Source of the DNA: Minisyncoccota bacterium
Lineage (GTDB): Bacteria; Patescibacteriota; Minisyncoccia; UBA6257; 2-01-FULL-56-20
Direction: 5' to 3'
DNA: 53,566 nucleotides
Assembly: GCA_035533375.1 (NCBI GenBank)
Contig: DATLTV010000013.1
Location: 1-53,566, forward strand
Positions 33,770 through 42,500 of the stretch are shown in pieces (the stretch's first letter is position 1; each line of letters begins with the position of its first letter). Below the pieces are notes generated by a model. It had not been told where the DNA came from. It saw only the letters and a list, made by a program, of their open reading frames with translations, and made no database searches. A program made the position numbers and the translations under genes.

Positions 33770-33874
33770 GTCATCCCGGAATCCTGCCGCAGCGGGATGT
33801 CCGGGATCCATAGAGTATGAAATGATTTAAAATGTATGGATCCCGGACTCCGCCAGAGGCGGATCCGGGATGAC
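33770..33874. repeat. inverted pair of about 40-nt REP-like units (GTCATCCCGGA ... TCCGGGATGAC)
   Basis: The left unit is 33770-33810 and the right unit 33838-33874. They are mutual near reverse complements. Each is itself a hairpin and each contains GGATCC. Confidence 0.75.
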
Positions 33875-33917
33875 AATAAAAAGACGCTATGCTCGGACTT
33901 TCTGGCTAAGCCCCTGC

Positions 33918-34748
33918 TTATTTCACGATTCCCACCGTGCCGTCCTGATAAATCTGAAATTGAAAGCCGAATGGGTCCTGCGGGAGCGCGGTCAAAATTC
34001 CGCCGCTCACGAGGTCGCCGATCTTTGCGGGGAACTTTCCATATTGTTGTTTATATACCCGCACCGCCTGTTCGAGAAAATCGAACATATCGAGTCGTGC
34101 GACGTACGCTTCGGCGCGGGCTTTGGTCACGGGGTCGTCGCTTGATTGTGCGATCGCTTGCCATACTTCCTTCGTCCGCTCGCGCACGTTCGGCGCGATG
34201 CCGAAATTTTCGGAGAAACGCACGATATAAAAAGGCGCGCCGGGGTCCTGCGCCGCGAGGTTGAAATATTTTGCGGCGTTCGTCCAGTCGTTCTTGTCGA
34301 GGTAGTAGGTCGTTGCAAGGAAAAAGGATACGCGCCAGTCGGGATCGGCCTGTTGCACACCGCGGGTGCCGATTGCGATCGCGGCGTTCGCGGCATCGGG
34401 ATAATTCGTGTCCGGAAGCAGGAGTACCGTCCAATAATAGGGGAAGCTGAAGCGCGGATCGAGGGCATTCACGAACGCGAGATCTTCGGTGAATTTGTCG
34501 AAGCCGTACTTGAGCGTCGGCAGTTCGAAGATCACCTGGTTCACCCAGTAGAATCCGGCGGCGGCGGAATCGAGGCCGAGGTCGAACGCCTTGACCATCG
34601 GGAGCGAGAGCTGTGGCGCTTCCGCCTCTTGACCCTGCGGTTTCGCGCGGTCATAGCCGACCTGCAAAAAGATGACGCCTGCGAGGAGGAGAAGGATGCC
34701 GGTTCGTTTGAGGGCGGCGGAGATATTCATGTTCACTATATTTCTCAA
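33918..34748 (-). CDS. membrane-anchored hypothetical protein (helical-repeat/TPR-like?)
   Basis: 276-aa ORF with an N-terminal anchor, directly upstream of the ABC-2 genes on the same strand. Confidence 0.6.
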   Translation of the reverse strand: MRNIVNMNISAALKRTGILLLLAGVIFLQVGYDRAKPQGQEAEAPQLSLPMVKAFDLGLDSAAAGFYWVNQVIFELPTLKYGFDKFTEDLAFVNALDPRFSFPYYWTVLLLPDTNYPDAANAAIAIGTRGVQQADPDWRVSFFLATTYYLDKNDWTNAAKYFNLAAQDPGAPFYIVRFSENFGIAPNVRERTKEVWQAIAQSSDDPVTKARAEAYVARLDMFDFLEQAVRVYKQQYGKFPAKIGDLVSGGILTALPQDPFGFQFQIYQDGTVGIVK

Positions 34749-34828
34749 TTTTTATCGATATTTCTCGATTTTTGCCGCGCAACGGGAGAAAAACGGAGAT
34801 AATGTGGATAAAAATAGAGAAAATTTTT

Positions 34829-35587
34829 TTATAATTCTTTTCTCTTCAAAAAGAAGTTCGCAAGCCACAGGAGTATTGCTGTGTAGAGGATCGCATAGAG
34901 CGCGGCGAGAGCGACAACGCTTGCGCTTACGGCAATATGGTGGACGGCGAGACTGCGGATATCGAATTTCTCGAGATTCGGGAAAATATAATAGACGGCT
35001 TGTATGAAACGGTAGAACGGGCCGCCGATCTGCGATGCCGTCCGGAGGACCGAGCTCATCGAATGGCCGCCGAAAAGGAGCATGACCGCGGCAATCGTCG
35101 AAGTGAGTGGTGTAGCGATCGTCGAGAAAAAGACGAGGAGCGCCGTGAATACCGCCATCTCGAGCAGTTCAAAAAATACCGAGAGAAGGCCGAGCGCGTC
35201 GAATCCGCCTCCATTCCATCCGATGACCGCGAGATATACCGCGGTCATGAGCGCGGTCACGAGTACGATTGCGGCGTACAGGCCGAAGAATTTTCCGAGT
35301 ATGAGCTGCAAACGCGAGACGGGTTTCGAGAAAACGAAATACAGCGTGCGTCGCTCGAGCTCTTTATAGATGATTGAGGCGCCGAGGAAGATCGTGATGA
35401 TGATCCCGAATGCGTAGATCCCCGCGAGCCCAAAACTCTTGAGGATTACGATCTCGCCGAGAGACACCTTCGCGAGGAGGATGGAGAACGCTACGTAGAG
35501 GAACGAAAAACCGACGATGCCGTAGAGAATCCGGTCGCGGATCGTTTCGCGAAAAGTGTTTTTGGCGATAACAAAAATGTTTTTCAT
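34829..35587 (-). CDS. ABC-2 type transporter permease
   Basis: 252 aa with 6 hydrophobic segments, immediately downstream of the ATPase gene. Confidence 0.75.
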   Translation of the reverse strand: MKNIFVIAKNTFRETIRDRILYGIVGFSFLYVAFSILLAKVSLGEIVILKSFGLAGIYAFGIIITIFLGASIIYKELERRTLYFVFSKPVSRLQLILGKFFGLYAAIVLVTALMTAVYLAVIGWNGGGFDALGLLSVFFELLEMAVFTALLVFFSTIATPLTSTIAAVMLLFGGHSMSSVLRTASQIGGPFYRFIQAVYYIFPNLEKFDIRSLAVHHIAVSASVVALAALYAILYTAILLWLANFFLKRKEL

Positions 35588-35592
35588 AAAGC

Positions 35593-36324
35593 TTACGGGC
35601 TTACGGGCTTACGAGCTTCTTCCTCCACCGTTTCCACAAACCGCTGCTCAAGCGGCACTCCTTTGCAGAATTCCTTGACGCCGCCGGCATAAAGCAGTTT
35701 TCCGTCGTGGATCAGGCCGATCTCGTCGCAGATCTCCTCCGTGTCGTAGAGAATATGTGAATTGAAGAAAACGGTTTTGCCGGCGGTTTTGAGGCCAAGG
35801 ATTATTTTTTTTATTTCGCGGCGGCCCAAAGGATCGAGCCCGTCGAGCGGTTCGTCGAGGAAAATATAGTCGGGGTCGTTCACGAGCGCCTGTGCGAAGC
35901 CGAGCCGCTGTTTCATACCCTTCGAATACGTGTTGATGCTGCGGTTGCGCGCGTCATAGATGCCGATATCCTTGAGGATTTGTGCGTATGCTTCGTCGGA
36001 TTTGTGTCGCGGGAAGAGCGCGCCGCAGAAGCGGAGAAATTCGAGGCCCGTGAGTCGGTCGTAGAAATACGGCGCTTCCGGCATGAAACCGATCGTCTCG
36101 CGCATCGCTATGTCCGCGGAATCCTTGCCGCCGATCGTGATCGTACCGCTGTCCGGCGCCGCAATCCCCGTCATCATTTTGATCGTCGTCGTTTTTCCCG
36201 CGCCGTTCTGTCCGAGGAAGCCGAACACACTGCCTGTTTTGACGGCAAAAGAAAGATCATCGATAATGAGCCGCTTGCTGTAGAATTTTTTGAGATGGCT
36301 GATTTCGATCATATCTTTCGTCAA
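35593..36324 (-). CDS. ABC transporter ATP-binding protein
   Basis: Walker A GQNGAGKTT, signature YSKGMKQRLGFA, Walker B IFLDEPLDGLD. The last 7 codons are formed by three TTACGGGC/TTACGAGC octamers (35593-35616). Confidence 0.9.
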   Translation of the reverse strand: MTKDMIEISHLKKFYSKRLIIDDLSFAVKTGSVFGFLGQNGAGKTTTIKMMTGIAAPDSGTITIGGKDSADIAMRETIGFMPEAPYFYDRLTGLEFLRFCGALFPRHKSDEAYAQILKDIGIYDARNRSINTYSKGMKQRLGFAQALVNDPDYIFLDEPLDGLDPLGRREIKKIILGLKTAGKTVFFNSHILYDTEEICDEIGLIHDGKLLYAGGVKEFCKGVPLEQRFVETVEEEARKPVSP

Positions 36325-36431
36325 TTTTATAATTTTCCGCCCCCATTTTCAACCAGGCAGATGTTTCGGCGTTTATGGCGGAACCTTTCTGAGCGAATTT
36401 CTTCGTCGTACAGTATCTTGTTATGTCCCGG

Positions 36432-36896
36432 CTACTCCTCCCGCATTTCGCGTCGCGCGGATTTCTCTTTGAGGAATTCCCGCTTGTCGGATTTTTTGCG
36501 CGGTCGGCCGAGTCCGAGTTCGATCTTCACGAGGTTTTTTTTGACGTACGCGCGGAGCGGGATGAGCGAGGATTTTTTCTCTTTCATAAGCCCCGCGATG
36601 CGTTTGATTTCCGCCGTGTGCATAAGAAGCCGGCGCGTATGGCCGGGGTCGTAATCGAGCGGCGAATTTTTCGGTTGATACGCCGGAATCTGTGAATTCA
36701 AAAGCCAGAGCTCGTTTCCCCGGACGAGCGTATGCGCTCCCGAAAGCTGCATCTGTCCGGCTTTCGCGCTTTTCGCCTCGAAGCCGCGGAGCTCGATGCC
36801 CGCTTCGAAAGTTTCCGCGATCTCGTAATCGAACCGCGCGCGGCGGTTCAAAGCGATTGTGTCCGGCGGCTTCTCCATCAGTTCAGTATAAACCAT
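36432..36896 (-). CDS. smpB: SsrA-binding protein
   Basis: TIALNRRARFDYEIAETFEAGIELRGFEAKS...GHTRRLLMH... are SmpB motifs. The start is ATG 36896 or 36878. The track's longer N-terminus is discarded. Confidence 0.9.
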   Translation of the reverse strand: MVYTELMEKPPDTIALNRRARFDYEIAETFEAGIELRGFEAKSAKAGQMQLSGAHTLVRGNELWLLNSQIPAYQPKNSPLDYDPGHTRRLLMHTAEIKRIAGLMKEKKSSLIPLRAYVKKNLVKIELGLGRPRKKSDKREFLKEKSARREMREE

Positions 36897-37190
36897 CACC
36901 GGCCCATTCGTATGAATGAACCGATATATCCGAATCTTTCGTTGCAACGGCGTATAAAAAGAGCCGAAACCAGATGGGGATTTGGCCCATATCGCGCCCC
37001 GTGGTATTTTTGAGATAGGTTCTATAAAAAGTCCGTGACCGCAAAATAAAAGGGCGGTGGCTGGCCCGATTGGTGCGGAAGAGGGGTTCATTCGGAGCCA
37101 CTTGGGGTCTTTCCCTCTTGCGCACGGTAGGATGATCATCGGGATGCCACCGCGTATGAAATAGCATAGGAGGGAATACATGTCATTTTT

Positions 37191-38885
37191 ATGAAGTCCA
37201 AGATTGAGGAGATTCTAAGGAAAGCGGTCGGCAGCGGGCCGGTCGATATTTTCGTTCCCGAAAAAGAGAACTTCGGGCATTATTCGACGAACATCGCGCT
37301 CCGGCTAGCGAAGCCTTCCGGTAAAACCCCGCTTGAGTTCGCGAAAGAGCTCGCGGAGAAAATCGCCGTATCGGCGCCCGCGGGACTTTTTGAAAAGGTG
37401 GAAGCGGCGCCGCCGGGCTTCGTGAATTTTTGGCTTGCGAAAGAGACCGTACAAAACGAATTCGCAAAAGCGGCGAAAGAAAAAACATTCGGCAGGAGCG
37501 CCGCTCACAAAAACAAGACCGTGATCGTCGAATATTCCCAGCCGAACATCGGCAAGATGATGCACGTGGGCCACCTGCGCACGACGATCATCGGCGACGC
37601 TCTCGCGAATATTTTCGAGTACCTCGGCTACAAAGTGATCCGCTGGAATTATTTGGGCGATTGGGGAACGCAGTTCGGCAAGCTCATCGCCGCTTATAAA
37701 ACATGGGGGGATAAACGAAAGGTCAAGGAACATCCGATCGACGAACTGCAGAAGCTATACGTGCGCTTCCACGACGAGGCGAAGCGCGATCCGATGCTTG
37801 AGATGCAGGGCCAGGCCGAGTTCAAGAAGCTCGAAGACGGCGATAAGGAAAACCGCAAGCTCTGGGAATGGTTCAAAAAGGAATCCCTGAAGGAGCTCGA
37901 CAAGATTTATGCGACGCTCGGCGTCGGTTTCGATACATACATCGGCGAAAGTTTTTTTGAAAAGAACATGAGGCCGCTTGTCGAGGAATTGCGGAACGAA
38001 GGCATCCTCACGAAAAGCGGCGGCGCGCTCATCGTGAATCTCGACGCCCTGAAACTGCCGCCTGCACTTGTCCTAAAAGCCGATGGCGCAAGCCTGTACC
38101 TCACGCGCGACATCGCCGCGCTCCGTTACCGCATCATAAAATTCAAGCCCGAGAAAATACTCTACGTCGTGGGCAATGAGCAATCGCTTCACTTCGAGCA
38201 GCTTTTCGCCATTGCGAAAATTCTTCGCATGGATAAAGCCGAGCTCAAACACGTGAAATACGGTCTGGTGCTCGGCGAAGCGGGCACGAAGCTTGCGACG
38301 CGCGAAGGCCGGACGATCCTCCTCAAAGACGTATTGCGCAAAGCGATCGAGCTTGCGCGGAAAGTGGTCGACGAGAAAAATCCGGCGCTTCAGGCGAAGG
38401 TGAAAGACAAGATCGCGGAAGCCGTCGGCGTCGGAGCCCTGAAGTACAACGACCTCAAAGAGAACCGCAACTCGGACATCACATTCAATTGGGAGCGCAT
38501 GCTCGACTTCACGGGCGATAGCGGGCCGTATTTGCAGTACACGTATGCGCGCTTGAAAAGCATTATCAGAAAATCTCAAACCTCAAACCTCAAATCTCAA
38601 AAATTCGAGATGCTCAATTCCGATATTGAACTCGCGCTCATGCGGAAGATATTCGAATTTCCCGACGAGGTCGCGCGCGCGGGCGAGGCGCTCATGACGA
38701 GCACGCTCGCGGCCTATCTTCACAAACTCGCCGTCCTCGCGAACAAATTCTACGAAACAACGCCGGTGTTGAAAGAAGAAAATCCCGTCCGCCGCGCCGC
38801 GCTCTTATCGCTCATCTCCGTGGCTGCGGAAACGCTCAAAAACGGCCTCGCGCTTTTGGGAATCGAAACGACGGAGGAGATTTGA
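37191..38885 (+). CDS. argS: arginyl-tRNA synthetase
   Basis: 564 aa. The HIGH-type motif is SQPNIGKMMHVGHLR and the C-terminal anticodon-binding (DALR) region is present. Confidence 0.95.
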   Translation: MKSKIEEILRKAVGSGPVDIFVPEKENFGHYSTNIALRLAKPSGKTPLEFAKELAEKIAVSAPAGLFEKVEAAPPGFVNFWLAKETVQNEFAKAAKEKTFGRSAAHKNKTVIVEYSQPNIGKMMHVGHLRTTIIGDALANIFEYLGYKVIRWNYLGDWGTQFGKLIAAYKTWGDKRKVKEHPIDELQKLYVRFHDEAKRDPMLEMQGQAEFKKLEDGDKENRKLWEWFKKESLKELDKIYATLGVGFDTYIGESFFEKNMRPLVEELRNEGILTKSGGALIVNLDALKLPPALVLKADGASLYLTRDIAALRYRIIKFKPEKILYVVGNEQSLHFEQLFAIAKILRMDKAELKHVKYGLVLGEAGTKLATREGRTILLKDVLRKAIELARKVVDEKNPALQAKVKDKIAEAVGVGALKYNDLKENRNSDITFNWERMLDFTGDSGPYLQYTYARLKSIIRKSQTSNLKSQKFEMLNSDIELALMRKIFEFPDEVARAGEALMTSTLAAYLHKLAVLANKFYETTPVLKEENPVRRAALLSLISVAAETLKNGLALLGIETTEEI

Positions 38886-38907
38886 TGCCGTCCCGCTAAG
38901 CCAGCGG

Positions 38908-38937
38908 CATCGGCTAATTCGTGCGAATTAGCCGATG
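38908..38937. repeat. 30-nt palindrome, ATTCG-NN-CGAAT family, copy 3
   Basis: CATCGGCTAATTCG-TG-CGAATTAGCCGATG, 23 nt after the argS stop. It shares a 24-nt core with copy 2. Confidence 0.9.
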
Positions 38938-38998
38938 GTTGACGCTCACGCGCGCATCGCTCATTATTGAAGGCAGCGGGAATTCATGGAGGTGTAAC

Positions 38999-39430
38999 AT
39001 GGTTATAGGGTCATTTTCTGTCCTCGGAGAGATCATAGCGGTGCTTTTGGCGGTTGCCCTTATCCTGCTCTCGCGGCGTGGATCGCATGCGCAGCCGATA
39101 CTTCCCGCGAACGTCGAAGGCCTCACGCCGGAAGATGCCGCCAAAACGCCCACCAAAGAGCTGATGGAAAAAATTTGGTTACACCGGGCCAAACGTCTCG
39201 GCATCTCCGTCGAGGAAGCGAAAGCGGGATTCGAAGAGGACATAATCCAAAGCAGGATGCGCGAATTCAGGCTTTCCCGCGAGGAAGTCATTGCGCGCGG
39301 ACTAAATTTGAAGCCTCTCTATCTCATCGCCGCGGAACAGATGGCCGCTCGTCGCGGCATTACCGCAGAAGAACTTCTGCGCGAATATGACAAACGGCTC
39401 AAGCTACCGTCGGATCTGGATATCAAGTAA
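38999..39430 (+). CDS. membrane-anchored hypothetical protein (143 aa)
   Basis: ATG 38999 is preceded by GGAGGTG. The sequence MVIGSFSVLGEIIAVLLAVALILL is followed by a charged helical region. Confidence 0.6.
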   Translation: MVIGSFSVLGEIIAVLLAVALILLSRRGSHAQPILPANVEGLTPEDAAKTPTKELMEKIWLHRAKRLGISVEEAKAGFEEDIIQSRMREFRLSREEVIARGLNLKPLYLIAAEQMAARRGITAEELLREYDKRLKLPSDLDIK

Positions 39431-39540
39431 GTTGGGTTTCAATGGCGTCGCGCCCGCCGGAGGCGGATCCTCTTCTGGAGGAAAAGCGGCGCCTTTTTTA
39501 TCGTTGATTTTTCGGCGAAAAACTGATATTTTGAGGGAAT

Positions 39541-42500
39541 ATGCCAGCCAATGATGAAGCGAAGACCGATACCGGATTCAATCTCCCCGCGAAAGAAGAG
39601 GAGGTTTTGAAGTTCTGGGAGGAAAAGCATATTTTCGAGAAAAGTCTCGAGAAGAACAAGCCGGAAAAAGCCGGAGCCGGAAAAAAAAATACCTTCGTGT
39701 TTTACGAAGGCCCGCCGTATGCGAATGGGAAACCGGGGATCCACCACGTGCTCGCGCGCATCGTGAAGGACGTAATCCTGCGCTACAAAACGATGCGCGG
39801 ATTTTACGTGCCGCGGAAAGCCGGCTGGGATACGCACGGGCTCCCGGTCGAGATGGCTGCGGAAAAAGCGCTCGGCTTCAAATCGAAAAAGGACATCGAA
39901 CAATACGGCGTGAAGCGGTTCAACGAGAAAGCGAAAGAGCAGGTGTGGCTTTATAAAGACGAGTGGGAGAGCATGACGCGCCGCATCGGCTACTGGCTCG
40001 ATCTCAAGAACGCCTACGTGACGTACGAGCCGGAATATATCGAGACGCTTTGGTGGACGCTCCAAAAAATCTGGCAGAACAAGCTGTTGTACAAAGGGCA
40101 CAAGGTCGTGCCGTGGTGCACGCGGTGCGGCACGGCGCTTTCCTCGCACGAGCTCGCGCAGGGATATAAAGAGACGACCGACAATTCGGTGTATGTGAAA
40201 TTCAAGTTAAAATCTGGACAAAAAATCGGCGATCATACCATAAAGAGCAAAGATAAAATATACATATTATCGTGGACAACGACCCCTTGGACGCTTCCCG
40301 GAAACGTGGCGCTCGCAGTCGGCCCGAATATACAGTATCGCGCCGTAGAACAAAGCGGAGAATATTTGATTGCCGCAGTCGATCGGCTTAAGGATCTTGG
40401 GCTTGATAGCGCGCATGTTTCGCGCGAAATCACGGGCTCGCAACTCGTTGGCTTGGAATACGAACCGCTTTTTAATATTCCCGCATTGCAAAAAGAAAAA
40501 TCATACAAGATCTACCCTGCGGATTTTGTGACAACAACAGATGGTACGGGCGTCGTGCATACGGCCGTGATGTACGGCGAGGACGACTATCGGCTCGGTA
40601 AAAAGATTGGTCTGCCGGAGCATCATACCGTGGACGAAGAAGGGAAATTCACGAAGGACGTGTCGGGCCTCGCCGGTTCCTATGTAAAATCCAAAGAAAC
40701 GGAAGAAAAAATATTCGCGCATCTCGAAAAGGACGGGAATTTGCTCCGCAAAGGAGCGTATACGCACGAATATCCTTACTGCTGGCGCTGCGGAACACCG
40801 ATTCTTTACTACGCGCGCACGTCATGGTTCATCGCGATGTCCTCATTGCGCGAGAAGCTTCTGGCCGCAAACAAAAAAATAAATTGGATGCCGGAACACG
40901 TGAAGGAAGGCCGCTTCGGCGAGTGGCTCCGCGAAGTGAAGGACTGGAATCTTTCGCGCGAACGTTATTGGGGCGCGCCATTGCCGATCTGGGAGTGCAA
41001 AAAGTGCGGCGAGCTCGAAGTGATCGGCGGCCTCGATGATCTGAGCGCGAAAGCGGGAGGATCGAAAAATAGTTATTGGACGATGCGGCACGGGTTCGCG
41101 GAGAATTTGATCGAGAAGATCCTCGATTCGGGGCAGAAGGAGTTGCATCTTACGGAGCTTGGCCGCGACCAGGTGCGGCGGTCGGCGGAAGCATTGAAAA
41201 AAGAGCTTGCAAGCCATAAAAAGAAAATCGATTTCATCGTCGCGTCGGACGTGTTGCGTACCAAAGAGAGTGCGGAGATCGCGGCGGCGGTCCTTGGGGT
41301 TCCCGTCGAATTCGACAAACGACTCCGCGAGATCCATCTCGGCGTGTTCGCCGGCCGGCACGAAGGAGGGTGGCACAAACTGTTCCCGACGCTTGAATCG
41401 CGCTTTGAAGGCGCTCCGGAAGGAGGGGAAACGTTGCGCGACCTGCGGGCGCGCATGTGGCAGGCCGTGACGGAACTGGAAAAAAAGTATAACGGCAAAA
41501 ATATTTTGATCATGAGCCACGAGTATCCGATCTGGATGCTCACGCACGCGGCGGAGGCATGGAGCGAGAAGCGCGCGATCAGGGAGAAACAAGACCGCGG
41601 AGACGATTTTGTCGTGCCTGCGGCGTTCGGCGAGCTCCGCGTGAAGATCGTGCCGCGGAACGACACGGGCGAAGTGGATCTGCATCGGCCGTTCGCCGAC
41701 GATATCCCGCTGCCCTGCAAAAAATGTGGAGGAGAGATGCGCCGGATAAAAGAGGTGGCGGACGTCTGGTACGATTCCGGTGCGATGCCGTTCGCGCAAG
41801 ATCACTACCCGTTCGCTTGCGTGAAAAATCAGAAATCAGAAATCCGGAATCCGAAACCACCCGAAGCGTATCCCGCCGATTATATCGCCGAAGGCATGGA
41901 CCAGACGCGCGGCTGGTTTTACACCCTGCTTGCGGTCGCAACCGCGCTCGGATACGAAGCGCCTTACAAGAACGTGATCTCGCTCGGACTTATCAACGAC
42001 AAATTCGGCCAGAAAATGTCCAAATCAAAAGGCAATGTCGTCGATCCCTGGGCCGTGATACGGAAATACGGCGCCGATGCCGTGCGCTGGTATTTTTATA
42101 CGGCGAACCCGCTCGGCGAGCCGAAGAATTTCGACGAGCTCGAGATTTTGAAATCCTACCGGAGGATGCACCTGATCCTTTGGAATTCGGTTGCATTTTG
42201 GAAAACCTATGCCTCGGGCGGTGTTGGTTCCGAACCTCCGCAATCGAAAAATGTTCTCGATCAATGGATTCTTGCGAGATTGGATGAGGTAGCCGAAGAA
42301 GCATCCGCGCGGCTCGAGCAATACGAGATCCGGGAAGCGGCGCTCGCGATAGAATCGTTCGTAGACGATCTTTCGCGCTGGTATATCCGCCGGTCACGGA
42401 AGCGCTTACAGCATTCGACGGATGAGGTTGATTTCAAATCGGCGTCGGCGACGCTCGGCTTCGTGCTTCGCGAAACGACAAAACTTATTGCGCCATTTAC

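Noticed and set aside
36897-37190. tmRNA next to smpB, or a T-box leader for argS
   Set aside because: There is no tRNA-like acceptor or T-arm (GGTTCGA..CCA end) and no resume-codon/tag ORF. GGATGCCACCGCG only partly resembles the T-box consensus, lacks the UGGN bulge sequence, and shows no specifier-loop architecture.
41065-41676. Intein or mobile intervening sequence in ileS
   Set aside because: There is no Cys/Ser/Thr at the N-junction, no His-Asn plus Cys/Ser/Thr at the C-junction, and no homing-endonuclease motifs. The insert carries phosphatase signatures instead.
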